A program made the translations under genes and the position numbers. From the NCBI GenBank assembly GCA_009103225.1, contig RHPI01003079.1:90377-154376 (forward strand): a stretch of DNA of 64,000 nucleotides, given 5' to 3'. Positions 1 to 13,379 of the stretch are shown piece after piece. The number at the start of each line of letters is the position of its first letter. Position 1 is the first letter of the stretch. Source of the DNA: Chlorokybus atmophyticus (Eukaryota; Plantae; Mesostigma and Chlorokybus algae). The notes below the pieces were generated by a model. That model saw only the letters and a program-made list of their open reading frames with translations, was not told the origin of the DNA and did not search any database.

Positions 1-318
1 GCTTCTACTCTAGAAGCTACTGCATCTAGCATATCCAACTATAACCTGCGCTCTAAGTTGCTCCACGTAGCTAGCTTCAAGAGCTTTCCAACAATAAGCT
101 ATGGCACACGCCCAATAGTCAAGTAACCTTTGAGATACAATCATTCTACTACAGCGCCTGGAAGTCTCCAGACTCCGAACTCGCCTACTAGGTAATACGC
201 GCCCGAAACCTTCTCGCACCTGAACCTCTCGACTTGAGTCGCCTGGAACCTTCTAGCGGCTATTCCTATGCAAAAGGCAAGCTGACTGGCTAACCTAGAT
301 GTAGAAATATCTTCAACA
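1..318 (-). mobile_element. Fragment of an LTR (begins TGTTGAAGAT on the minus strand) inserted into the Gypsy gag copy; runs off the window
   Basis: Homology of 319-2550 to the element at 20106+ stops abruptly at ~319, and the adjacent sequence starts with a canonical TGTT LTR terminus. The other end is not visible. Confidence 0.5.
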
Positions 319-2885
319 CACACGGGATGGCGTGGAAGTGTCCCTCTCGCGTTTTTACGCCATCAGAGCTCAGCGGGCGGAGTAGAGGCTTAATAATCCT
401 ACTCCTTATTTTCTTCCAAGCGTGCCACGCACGCCATGAGGGCTGCCACTTAGTCAAGAGCTGCAGCTGGTGGGTTTGCTGGTGCTTTAATAGCAGCAGC
501 TCCAGCACGAGGACGTCCCTAGGGCCCTTTGCGCTGTGGAGGGCGGTTCTTCCCTCTGCAACCCGGCTCGTCCTTGCGAGCACCAGTGTTGTTATTGTTG
601 GGGTTGTAGCCACCAACGTTAGTGCCATTGTTGTGACCACCAGCGTCGCTGCTGTTGTTGTAGCTAATAGAGGGCCGCAGCTCGAGGAACTTGAGCCAGC
701 ATATTGCCTCCAAGTGTCTTATCTTGTGGCAGTAGTCCCACACAAGGTTGCCATAGTCTTTTGTGCAATTTGTTCGGTAGTGCCCATGCCGACCACATCG
801 ATGGCACAGTACTGGCGCAACAAGGGTAGCATGTGCTGACCGTTTGACCTTATTGCGAGTGACTGGAGCATCCCAATTGCAATCTCATTGGAGGGGCTTT
901 GCACTTGTGCTTGCCATGGGCCGTGATGCGCTTTGGTTGGTGTCCAACACTGCTTTCTCATACACCGCGCGCTTGTGGATGGCTTTGGCTTTTGCTTTTG
1001 AAAGCTTCCTTGAGGGTGTAGCCGAGGGGTCTGCTGTAGTTTAGCGTAAAGCGCGCTGACTCACTCAACGTGTGGTCCAACTCAGCCACGTACACCGCCG
1101 CGGCACCCTCACGGACAATCTTGCAGTCAGTGTCCTTCCGCCATCCTTCCAACCGTAAATACAACCCGAGCGGGTCCTCGTTGGGCTTCCGTCATAAGCG
1201 TCTCAGCTCCTCCACCTTGCTGTTAGTTTAAGGTGGGAAGGTGCGCCGCAACTTGCATTGAATGCCGCGTAGAGGTCCTCGAAAGGAAAGTGAAACATGG
1301 TAGCACCAACGATAACGGCTGGTGCGTGCAGTGCCACTAATTTGAGGGTGAAGGTATTGCCTCCTGCTGAAGCACGTGACCTCGGTGTTGGCAGTGGCAA
1401 TGCACCCGTATCCGCAGCTGCAGCTTGTTGCTCAGCGTGCTGCTCTTTGATGATGGCAGCGACGCGATCAAGCACTTTAGAATTATGACGGTCGGCCCTC
1501 TTGATCTCAATCTATGCAGGAATTAAGGTGGCCACCACCATCTCTTTGTCCTCTGCTTTTTGCATAGCTGCAGCTAACGCCTAGCCGGTGACTGCAGGTT
1601 GAGGGAGCACTGCCGCAGGGGCAGCAGCTGCTGAGCTGTGCATTGACGTGGATGCTATGATGCTGGCATGCTCGCCATAGCCATCAACTTTGTGCAACTT
1701 AGCAATGGACTTCCACACATTATGTGTCTCATAATCAAGATACTGAGCCATAATACGAACGACATCTCAGCTGACCAGTCTTTGTTCTGAAGGGCTTGCT
1801 ATCGCATCATGGAGTGGAACTTGATGAACTCATCGAACGGTGTGATCCCTAGACGTCTCTAGACCGCGGAGTTGGTTGAGCTGGAAGGTTCCATCTCTTT
1901 GTCGTCACTCCTGAATAGGGTAGACAAAGTCGTTGACGAGGAGTAAAGTGGAAGGAGGTGAAGCCGGAGATGGGACGAGAGCCTTCGCTGCTACGCTAAC
2001 TGCTTCCTTTACTTGCTCACTCGTAGGTAAGGTTAGAGGTCGGGCTCCACCTGCTGAGGTCCGCCGCGTCTATTGGCGAGCAGCACGGGGTGGGCATGCT
2101 CATATAGCTGATGTAATGGTGACATATGAAAGATAGAGTGTTCTCTACAATGTTATCTCAATGCTGCTACCACCCAACACACTAGTGCTTGTGCGCACTA
2201 CGTAATGACGGCGACAACAGTGCACTAAGGTGTATCTAACTACAAACTGATACACTTTTGATACACAAAATGCAACCACACTCACTTGAGCAAAGAAGGT
2301 GACACTGTGAGTCAACAAGCCACTACAATAGGTAATGCTATTTACACATTTCTTTGCATGAGTGGAAGATGTGTTACACTGTTAAGTGAGGTGAGTGAGC
2401 AAGCCACACGTGGATGCTATGCTCGGACTAATGCCAACAAGCACACCGCGCTCACAGCAATGGCAAGCACTGTGCATAAGAGCATACACAGGCTCTCACA
2501 CGATGAGAGGATTCCTGGGAACCGGACGGCGTGTTCGTAGTTCAAGTCGCTTCACATGCTCTTAACTTTCTCACTCACAATGTCACCAGTTGATCTAGTA
2601 AACACTGTGACTACTTATACAACTCCATTCATGACTGTTCAAAACATAAGCTAGCGGTCATATCGGGGCTATGTAAAAATAAAAACCCACTCGATATAGA
2701 ACACTTTTTACAATTAAACAGCTACACGCAGTACCTATGTAGGCTGTAGTCATAAGCTAGTTTATAGTCATGACCTAGCAACTGGTCAGTGGCGCACGCG
2801 GGTCTTTATGCTAATAGGCCGGATGAGCGGGTCTTGATGTAAGCATGCTCGATCAAAATCAGCATGCGAGGGCAATGGCATGACA
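319..2885 (-). mobile_element. Truncated Ty3/Gypsy copy (5' LTR, leader, decayed gag) of the same family as the DNMT-carrying element
   Basis: Two CCHC knuckles (CHRCGRHGHYRTNC; DYCHKIRHLEAIC) and the gag core LNYSRPLGYTLKEAF. Collinear similarity to 20106-22430 at both DNA and protein level. Confidence 0.8.
2581..2885 (-). repeat. LTR (~305 bp) with TGTCA...TGACA termini
   Basis: Inverted 5-bp termini. A homologous copy at 16335-16651 shares the same right boundary (GGCATGACA), with unrelated sequence beyond it. Confidence 0.7.
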
Positions 2886-4600
2886 AAGCGCAGGATCGGC
2901 TGTTAACTAAGCACTTTCGCCTCCTCTCCAAGCCGACTGCAAGCGAGCAGCGTCCACCGACAGAGCTCAATGCCAATCTTGTCTGTAGCTGAGCGCGAGC
3001 TGTGGTGGCAATGGCTGTAGCGAGGTCCTGCTGCAAACGCAGGCTCCGTGATGTCGCGAAAGCACCCAAAATATCTGATGCAAAATGTGGTGTCAGGTGA
3101 GCAGCCCCATCACGCAATGCTCTCTGAAAGGGGAGAGTGGTCAAAGGGCTCGAAGCAGTGACAATGGCAACTATTTGGTTCGACTTGGGCGTAGACCCCA
3201 CTGATGCAAAGCGATGAATGAGCTTACGCCGCTACCGCCAAACTGCCAGCAATTGCTGCAGGCGTCACCCCGGCCGTGGCGCGTATACAATAGCAGCTAG
3301 CATTGCCTATTGACAACAGGCTGCTGTTATGGGCGGCGTATGTACACGTGAGCTGAGCGACTCCGGAACGTCCGCCATATGCATGATGTGGGCAAAATAG
3401 TCTAGCACAGCCATGTCGAACGCTACTAGCTGCTTGTGAAAAGCTGCTGAGAGGCAGCAGTCCGCATAAGGTAGGCAGCCTGAGGTCGGGCAGCAATGGA
3501 GCGTGTCAAAAGCAAAATGGCAAAATGGAATCTGCGGATTGCGCATGTGTCGCACTACGCCGCCATTGCCTAGTTTAAGTAGTGATCAACGCAATGCCTG
3601 AGGCGGCAGCAATGGAGACATTCGATCCCAAAGGCACCCCTAGCACAGTAAAGTCGTCAACGCTCGTGCGCACCTCCACTGGAAAGACGTCCGGGACCTT
3701 TGAATGGCTGAAGGCGCACGACTTGTCCCAACGCACATGCAAGCCACTGGCTCAAGAGGAGCGTGCACCTCCGTTGCCCCCACTGCGTCCTCATGATCAG
3801 TCGGGCCAATCAAGAACGTGTCATTGGCGTGCATGGGAGACAACACGGTGGTGTAGTGGGTAACGACATGACTACTCACGCGGGTATGCACGAGCGGGTA
3901 CAGTAGACCAGCTAGAGGATCACCTTGTCAGGTGCCTCACGCCCTCAATTTTATCAAGGACACGTGAGGCACCCGGCAAGGTGATGCGCTCAATGCAACC
4001 ATATCCGCTGTATTGTACATGGTACGAAGGGAATGAGATGGGCTAGCCTGCAACTTTTTAAATATAGCTGCGCAGTCGATGGAGTTAAGCCGTTGGCAAT
4101 GTCTAGCTTCAGCACCACATGCTCAGAATGGGTGTTCAACACCGCGCGTATGCCATGCACCACTATCTGAGCGCAATTGTGTGGTAACTTCATACTGCCA
4201 TGGCTCAACGTGTGTCGCAGCAGTGTTGCGCACCAGCGATGAAAATGTCCACGGGTGCTGTTCAGCGCTGCAATATATCCCCTATTGTGATTAAACGCAC
4301 GTTAACAGTGGGCTTCTCGAGAGCGATTAAGGTGAGATCAGACAAAGTAGTCGCCACACGGCCTGGTATACGCCCCTCGGCTAGCACGGCGCATATGTGA
4401 TGCAGGGACAACAACACTGAGTTTGGCCACCGCCGCCATCAAGGAACAGCTGGTGCAGATGATCGTAACACCAACCAGTAGGGCCCCCTGCGCTCCGCAG
4501 CGGTGCGGTGGCCAGAGTGCGGAAAATGGTCACGTCAAACTCCAGCTGCAGCGCCTTTGGTGCAAAGTTTGCACTTACTCAGATGTTGAAGATGACCGCA
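2886..4600 (-). mobile_element. Decayed CRE-clade-like non-LTR retrotransposon RT
   Basis: Motifs recovered across frameshifts: LIALEKPTVNVRLITIGDILQR, VHGIRAVLNTHSEHVVLKLDIAN, QGDPLAGLLY, HANDTFLIGP (YADD position), AYLMRT..VAFDMAV. The match is to remembered family motifs, not a database search. Confidence 0.7.
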
Positions 4601-5242
4601 GGGGATGCAAATACCGTAGCTTTGAGCACGTCGCTACTGATGGCCCACTGAGCCACCATCGGCACCAGCATAGTGCCGCTGCCGCTAGCGTCAAAGCTAC
4701 ACACGCATACCATAGAAGGAGCCACATGTCTCATATATGCCCCATCTCATATATGTTATACATGCTAGGCAAATTCCAAACCTGCTAATTGATATAATAA
4801 CAAATCATAGCTATAAGCTAAAGCACGATAGCTACTGGTGGTGGATGGCATTTCGCTTTCACTTCGACACTTGCTCACACATATCAACACAAATGTATGT
4901 ATGCCATACATAAGGCATATATTGAAGTTGAAGATTTTATCCATTACCACGGGACGAGGCATATCCACAAATGGCTACCTCATCATCTTCATCATCCGAA
5001 ATATGCCCAACCTTCATAAGCTTTGACATTCTCGGTTGTGTTCATTGTCATTTGCGATTGTATTTTGGTATTGAATGGAGTATGTAACACCTTATGTTTC
5101 AATGCTATCATTGCTTGAATCAATTCGTATATCACATTTCAATGGCAATGCTACGCTTATATGCGCGGGACACTCAGCAACGCAGCATGCACGGCAATAG
5201 GTGCGAGCGAAGGATGCTTTAGCAGGGAAAGGTGGTAATCCC

Positions 5243-8200
5243 TCACGCTATGATCTTGATCTTGAGGGTGCGCGAAACGGAGAAACCGTTTTGCGTGACG
5301 GTTGCGGTGATGACTTTTTGCCCGGGAGTGACATACTGACAGTACGATGTCCTGTTGCTCTGTGCACACATGTACGCGCACAGTCATTCAAGGAGTTTGG
5401 TAGCATTCGTGTGGCATGCGACCACAACATGATTGCAACTCACCACATTGTCTGCGCCGCAGTCGATAGTGGTGGTGAAAGGCAGGCAAAAATATACCAT
5501 TGGCACCACATTTACTTGCACATCTTCTCCCGTGCTAGCAAAGAGGTGGCCGCTATCCGGGAATGTGTGTATGCCCTTGATGGTGGGCTTGACACCCGCG
5601 GTTGCAGTCACGTTGACTGTATACACTTGAGCTGGCGAGGCCGGGCATGTGGGCCTGCTACTGGATCGCACGCGTAGCGGGTGGATACCGGGAGTGAGCT
5701 GAACGTCGGCAGTGTAGAGGTACGGTGCGCTCCCTACGGCGTCATCAAACACACCATCATTGTCAAAGTCCCACGCGAGGACACGCTTTCTCCCGCACGC
5801 GTCCACGGTAACGGGAGCTGCAACAAGCCGTACGCTGGAGCACGGGGCGACTCTGTACGGCCCTCCCATGCTGCACGCACACATGCACTGCAACTGAGTT
5901 ACGTGCTGCATTGCATATACACTCTCGAAGGCTAAGCCGGGTGTAACTATAGCACTTACTAGAAGGTTGCGATTGTGATGTTGCGTGAGAGCGATGCCAC
6001 CGCGCCAAACTGCGCCATAGTGGCGGTGATAGATTTCTGGCCAGGGCTGCTATATCGACAATAGCCCTTCTCGTGACCCTGCAACAAGCAGTGTGAGTGC
6101 ATTGACACAAAAGCCGAACCGACACGCATGCACATACGCGCAAGCGTGCTACTCACCACACTGCCTGCACCGCAGTCTATCGCGAGGTTATCCGTCACGC
6201 ACTTTGCACTTGAGCTCCGCACAACTACTTGTACACGCTCAGCGACGCTCGCGACCCCGAGTCCACTCTCCGGATGTACTTGTATGGCGGTGATGGCGAG
6301 GCGAGCGGTGGTGACATTGACGGTAGTGCTCGCCACTTTGGGAGGAGAGTTTGGGCAAGAATTGCTGCTAGCGCGGACTTTTATTGCATGGACTCCCAGA
6401 CTGAGGCCTTGATCGACTGCGTTGAATGTGGGTTGTTGCCCGTACGCGTCATCAAACACGCCATTGTTGTCCAAGTCCCAAGCCAGCGAGCGCTCTTGGC
6501 CGCATGCGTCCACGCCCGCAAAGGCACTCAGATGGATGTTGCTGCATATGTCCGCGCGATACGGCCCTCCTACACTGCAGAAGGCACCATATTCTCAACT
6601 CATTACGTGTATGCGTGCGTGCGTGTAACAGCATGGCTGTGACATGCTGTGATGCTGATGACGTGCCACTTACAAGGATCCCGCAACGGTGATGTTGATG
6701 GTTTGTGAGTCCACCGAGCCAAACTGCTCCAGCGTCACCGTGATGAACTTCACTCCAGCGCTGTTGTACCGACACACGCCTGCCCCGCTGCCATCCTGTG
6801 TCATTGCAACTTTACATAATGAGGTGCACATGCACCAGCTCAGCACAAGTCAATGTACATAACAATCGACAAGCAAGCAGGCAAGCAAGCAAGAAAAGTT
6901 ACATCACAATAAACGCACAAACTTACCACATTGTCTGAGCCGCAGTCGACAGTTTGGGTATGAGGCAGGCAGCTCCGCACCAATTTTGATACTGTAAACC
7001 GGATGCTCTCACCGATGAGTGCGTTGGGCCCACCGCTAAGTGTGACTGCCTTCACTCTGTAGATCAAAGGCGGTGCGTTGTTGATGTTGAGAGTGGTAGT
7101 GCGTACTTGAGTAGGTGAGGCTGGACAGGAGGGGCTGCTGCTGGCTCTCACGCTGATCGGGTACGCGCCCGGAGGCAACCGCACTCCATAGACAGAAAAG
7201 GTATCCCCACTCGCATCATCAAAGGCGCCATCGCCGTCAAAGTCCCACTCGAACACTCTCTCATTGCCACATGCGTCAACGCCCGCACGTGCTTGCAAAT
7301 CAACAATACTGCACGGGTCTATGAAGTACGGCCCGCCAATCCTGTTGCATAGCTATTGTCAAGTGATGCATATGCATGTGTGTACCACAGTAGTCGCAGC
7401 AGCAACTTACGATACGGTGTAGACTGTGACCTCGAGTGGTGCTGATACAACAACCCCATCCTGCTCCAATGTTGCCGTGATACGCTGTGCTCCGGGGTTG
7501 CTGTACTGACAATAACCATTGTCCTTTGGGAATGCCTGCCAAATAAGCGGATCAGCAGAGACCATCTATCCATCTGAGTCTGAGTGTTTGCTGCTACCAC
7601 ACACAATGCAACGCACGCATGTGCATGCACGCACGGCACAGCAGCAAGCCATCGCAAGCGAGAGAGCCCACACAGCAGCAGGTGGGCTCACCACATCACC
7701 CGGGCCACAAGAAAACGTCAAGTTATAGGCCCGACAAACGTTGACATAGTAGTACGCATCAACTTGGAACTCTTCTCCAACATAGGCTTCATTGTTGAAA
7801 GTTTGCGTGTTCGCAAAAACACTCTGGAATGTTGGAATTGGCACCGGGCTGGTGACTATGACGGTTGCGCTGAGTATAGTGGGAGAGGAGCCTAAGCAAG
7901 GGGAGGGGCTGATGGCTTTGGCTTTGATTGTGTACACGCCCGAGAGCAGGGAGGTGGTGAACAATGGTGCGTCCCCGAAGGAATCGTTGAACTTGCCGTT
8001 ATTATCAAAGTCCCATACGAGGGTGCGTTGCCGACCGCATGCGTCCACACCACCGTTGGCACGCAGAGCTATCAAGCCTTCGCACGAGACCGTGGTGTAT
8101 GGCCCGCCTGCGCTGCAGAGCAAAGCCACTCACGTCAACACATGCCGAGAAGCATTGCGGCGTGACATGCGTGTTGCCACACAATAACTTGCATGCTATG

Positions 8201-9673
8201 CAAAGGACACGAGCTCTGTGCTCGTGTTGCTAACGTATACGTGTGTGTATTGACACCAGACGGCAAGCACTGTGTCTTACTTACTATGCAACGGGGCCAA
8301 GCGTTTGGTTCTTGCTGAGTCCGAAACACCACTTGCCGGGCTGCAGACAAAGGAAACAAGGAAATTAAGTAGTGGCTGTCAAGCCTCTCCTGAGCACACG
8401 TTGTTGCGGGCGGGCGGGCGGGCGGGCGTGTACATGTCCGTGCATGCATATGTGTATGCATATATGCCATGCCCACCTCAGTTCCTCTTATAAGGACAGC
8501 AGACATCCCAGAAGGCGGTTGTGCGTGCTACAAATACAAATACCTGCCCAATGTTGGAATTCCGTCTGGTTGCATTGCCAACCGCATCGGTGAACGCGCC
8601 GGGCAGACCGTAGCCGCGGATGCCATCTCCAACATTGAACCCCGCTTGAGCTGTGTGCAACAAGAGCACATGTATTAATCTGTGTGTCTGTGCGTGTGTG
8701 CGTGCGTGGCCACATACCAGGGGAATCCATGATGGTGCTCTGAGATGTTGGCGTATTGGCGTACAGCAAAAAAAAGAAGGTGGTGTCGGTGTTGAACGCA
8801 ATGACTATCTGGAACGTTTCCCTTTCAGGAGCCACCATACATTCCGCACACTTCTTGTGGGCAGTCTGCGCATGCACAACAAGAGGTGCCACTACTTCAG
8901 CATCTCAACCATGCACACATACGCACACACACACTTCTCCAAGTACACACATTGTTCCAGGTGACGATGACAGCTGATGTTGCGCTGAACCCAATGGCGA
9001 GTTGTTTGTTGGGGAAGGCTTCACCAATGTCGGTGCTGATGCCGGCAAGAACATTTACATCATCGATCGTGCGGTAAGTGGTTTCACCACAATCCAGACA
9101 CACGTTGTCAAGTGGTGTCCAGAACCCTGCCACCATGCTCCTGAAACGTTCTCCAGGTTGGTCCCCTTGCGAGGGGAAGTCGCTCGGAATGTTTCCGCTG
9201 AAGCGATTGCGGAAATGGATTCCGCCATTGCTGTTAATGTAGACGCCACGCACGCTAGGCAACCCAAACACTGGCACCGCGGATGGCAGAGGGATCAAGT
9301 CGGTTGAACATGACTCGCACCTGCTCACCACATGAGACAAGAGTCACATGCTTGGGACAGTGAAAAATGCACAGCATGCACACTCCACACATGCATCTAG
9401 TGTCATTCTGTACAATGGCAGTGGACTGTGTCACCGACACAATGCCGGTGCCAGCCGTGTGACAACACCTGCAAGTGTTCTTGTTGCAGCACGCCCGGCA
9501 CAACTGCGTAACCATGCAAGCCAGGTTACTTACTTTGCCATTGTCGTGTCGCCGTTAATAGGGCCAAAGGGGTAGAACTCCTGCACGGTGAGGGCTGAAG
9601 CGCAGGCAGCCAGAGACAACAACAACAACCAGGCCGCTGCCATGGCCGCCAGCGGCGAAGAAACTTGACCCAT
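5243..9673 (-). CDS. Multi-exon secreted protein: signal peptide + NIDO domain + four tandem Cys-containing PKD/Ig-like repeats
   Basis: ATG at 9673 gives MGQVSSPLAAMAAAWLLLLSLAACASALTVQEFYPFGPINGD. NIDO motifs VYINSNGGIHF, MVAGFWTPLD, AGFNVGDGIRGYGLPG, SNIGQPGKWCF. Four repeats of GGPY..DACG..WD(F/L)D(N/G)(N/D)G.F.D. GT-AG introns; stop at 5243-5245. Confidence 0.85.
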
Positions 9674-10619
9674 GCTTACAGCCTGCGATTCAGTCAAAGC
9701 AAATGAGAGAGCGCAAGCTCTGTTGGTTCAGCTGCGTTGCATGTTTGTGAGAGGATCAGCCCTAGCAAAGCAAGAAGGAGATGGAAAACGCTGCATGCAG
9801 CAGCAGAGACTTGCCATCGCAACAAGCAGGAAACGCACATGAGCAGCAGCGCAGTGACAAGGCGGACAATGGCGAGGCGGCGGCGGCAGCAGCAGCCTTA
9901 CTCGTAACTGATGTAGTTGATGGGCCGAAGCACCCCAAGACATGCCTACCAAAGCAAGCTAGCGACCGATTGCGTGTGCGTGTCTCTGGCGTCTTGGCGG
10001 GCGCGGCCGCGACCTGCCCAAGCAAGGAGCGCCTGCATGCGGTCGCATTACTCGCGTGGCCATTTCTGTGCTTGAGGTGAGGCGCACCGCCACCTGCTGG
10101 AAACTTCGACGCGTGTGAACTGAAGGGCCCACTGTCAGCGTTGTATAACATGCACAGGGTAGACTAGGGTGTATGTATACAAACCTGACGGAACACGCAC
10201 AGATACACGTGCAGTGAGCATGCGTGAAAGTCATCAACGTATATGCCGTGTTTGCACGAATAAATACGTGAATGCTAAAACAAGTTTATGGCATCGCCAC
10301 AACCTTTGTCGTATCAATGCATGGCAAGCGATGTATAACGCCGTATTGAGTTTATGTACATAATGACATCAGGGTTGATGCCTTTAATTGTAGTATATGT
10401 GAAAGCGATTGAAGCAAATAGCATTTGCATCTCGCAACGTAATTACGACACATGACATGATAGTACCCTAGTACCCTAGTACCCTTTATGTGTGTTTGCA
10501 AAGTCATCTTGGCTTTGCAAGCACGCAAAAAAGGTATTTCAGTATGATACTGGCATATGTTACGGTAAACAACCGTATAGCATAGTGCGAAAGCTTCGTA
10601 CAAGGCGGCCATCGAGAAG

Positions 10620-12520
10620 TTAATCCCTAATGTGTGACACTCATGTTAGCATGGTGCAACAATCTGCATGAAGTCGTTTATACATAATATCAATTATCTG
10701 ATCGCCACCTCATAGTTGTTATTATTAAAAACAATTAACGGCATTACGACAATCTCTAACGTGCAATGTTTTGCCATATGATGTAAACAATGTTTAGCCA
10801 AGTGTTACGCCCAAAGGGCCGACAAATGTCACTTTTATATTTCATACTTATGTGGTTGGTAAGAAGAACTGAATGAGGGTTCCCTATAGTCAACTTGGTA
10901 ATACTTTGGCATACGTGCTCATGAAGTTGATTCTTGTGCACTTTGTGTGCAACGGCATTGCAGCAACACATAGGCACTGTCTACTAGCAAGCACATGGCT
11001 GGTCGGTGGCATATGTCTGCGTGTATATGCATATGGTTGTATACGCATGCATGTGTCCGCGTATAATTGCGGATATGAGTGATGTGTGCATGTGTATGCA
11101 TATGTCCGCATATGTATGCAAAAGTATGCTTATATAGGAGGTCTTGGGCGGATGTGACCAGCCTCGAGAATTCACAATGTCCAAAGCTGATGCATGATTA
11201 GTCTCTGGAGTTGGGAGTTGACAAGATGTTCTAGAGCTGATGTGGCAGCATTTAGACATGAGTACTGATTAATGCAGCCATGACAAGGTTAAAAGGTAGC
11301 CTTGGACCAGGATGTGCTAGGTCGGAGAGCAGCAAGGATGGGGTATATGAAAAACCTCAGCATGTGCATACTCAACTGTTGTGTGTGGGGTGCCTAGTTC
11401 AGTTGTTCAAGGGGCTCTCTCTCTCATCCAAAGTTGGGTGTAGTGTCCGTGGCAGTGGGGTGTGCTTGGGTGTGCAAGCTGAGTGGAGAGCTTGTTGCAT
11501 CCTCGCCAACCAGATGCGGTGTTGGTCATTCCTTCTTTAAGGAGCTGCACCGTGGTATGTCCAAAAAAGGTTGTTGTGCGTGTGCTCAAGTATGTGACCT
11601 ACACGACCACATAAGTGTGCGTCCTACGTGACAGCAAGCTTATACAAAATTAGAAAGGCTTGACATTGTTGCAATGATATGAAGTACGTTGTTAGCAGCT
11701 TGTGGCTGTTGAACAATTTGTTGGAAGAGTATAATGCGTTGCTTAATATCTTCCAAACTTAAATAGATGGTGGCGTAAAAAGCAATGGCAAGACATTGTT
11801 AAAACAGCTCCTATGGGTAAATACATTCCTTGGCTGACGTATTGAACAGCTTGTCGATGTTATCAACGGCTTCAAGGCTTCCAGCTGTTGTTGGCACTGC
11901 TTGATTAAGTTAACCAAGCAGGGCCAACAAGCAATGATTGTCTTTTTCTACGTGTAACTTTGTAATTGTAAGTGTGCAACTGCTAGTCATCGAGATTATG
12001 TGGATGGAAGCTACATGGGGCATCATGCCCCATGTACTACATGTAGCGACCATGTAGTTCATAACAGCAGGTAAGCTGTTGTTGTGGCCAACAGCAACGT
12101 GTGCAATACAAGCGGCTTGTTGCACACGTTTGCACAAGCATGGCATGCATCCAATGTCACATGCATGTATAGATCATCCTTGTGTAATCTGGCAAGCGCA
12201 ACACTGGCACTTGCATCAAGACATCCTTGACTAATTGGAAGGCGAATTGCTGCCTGACAGTCCACTGCCATTGTATCTTATCACGTGTAAGATCTGTGAG
12301 AGGGGCTACTCTCGTTGAGTACTTCAGCATGAACTTTTTAAAGTAGTTGCTAGGTCCAAGGAATACACGTAGCTCATGCACATTCTTTAACAATGGCCAA
12401 TCCTTGACTGCGACAACTTTCTTAACTTCAACACGGATACCTTTTGTGCTCATAATGTTGCCCAGAGATCTTAGTTCAGACTTCACAAATCACACTTGTC
12501 TATCACTGCCAAGAATTTGT
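10620..12520 (-). mobile_element. Highly decayed Ty3/Gypsy pol fragment (RT connection, RNase H, integrase)
   Basis: LGNIMSTKGIRVEVKKVVAVKDWPLLKNVHELRVFLGPSNYFKKF...APLTDL...VPVLRLPDY followed by DAS, with weak integrase-like remnants downstream. Many stop codons. Confidence 0.7.
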
Positions 12521-13379
12521 GCATACACTATGAATCAACACTTCACGCACATGCGTAACGTTCGCTCGCTTGTCCTTGCTAAACATTAAAATACGGCGTG
12601 TCGTACGATTCGGGGGGAGTACTCGTGGATTGAAATGTTGTTCGTGAAACGCTTATTTTTGCCATCTCGAGATTGCAGAAATTAACGCGAGCTCGCAATT
12701 GCTGCCATCATGTTGTCAAACCTTTGCGATAACCGCGGGTAAGCTGTTGTCAATACTTTGTCAATTTTTATATGTATAGGAATGAATTGCCACATTACAA
12801 CGCACATGGTGCATTCACTATGTTGTTTATACTTTGCCAGCTCTATGTTATTGGCATGATTTAGCATGTTCCAACGCACATGGTGCACTCTGTTGTGAAG
12901 TCTGTGCCAAATTTAATTTAACCTTTGTTGGTTGTGATATGCCATTTCTCAACGCTTATCTACTACATGTATATGCCATTGCTGTTTGCAAAGGTTTGCC
13001 AACACGCACATGCTGCTATGCATACGCATATTGTTTTTTGATGCTTGACCCCTATTATGAAAGTGTTGTGCTAATTTAATGCACATATTTTCCTTAAACC
13101 AGTGTACAATTGACGAGACTCACAAGTGTACTGTGCGAAAATGACACCACTAAATGTGTTGGGCAAATTTTACCAACTACTCGACGCGCAGTAAGACGCT
13201 CCCGATTACTACGTGCGCATGCATATAAAAAGCTAATGTTTGACACCCATTAAAGCCACGGATGGGACGGGAATTGCACACACAACATATGGCTTGGTGA
13301 GTCGTGGGTTGATGTCTCGACCATTACAGCAAATAACACATTGTGGTAAAGTCTTACAATGTATCATGTTATAACTCCT

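Noticed and set aside
9762-10151. ORFs upstream of the NIDO gene
   Set aside because: Low complexity, no homology cue; probably 5' UTR or promoter.
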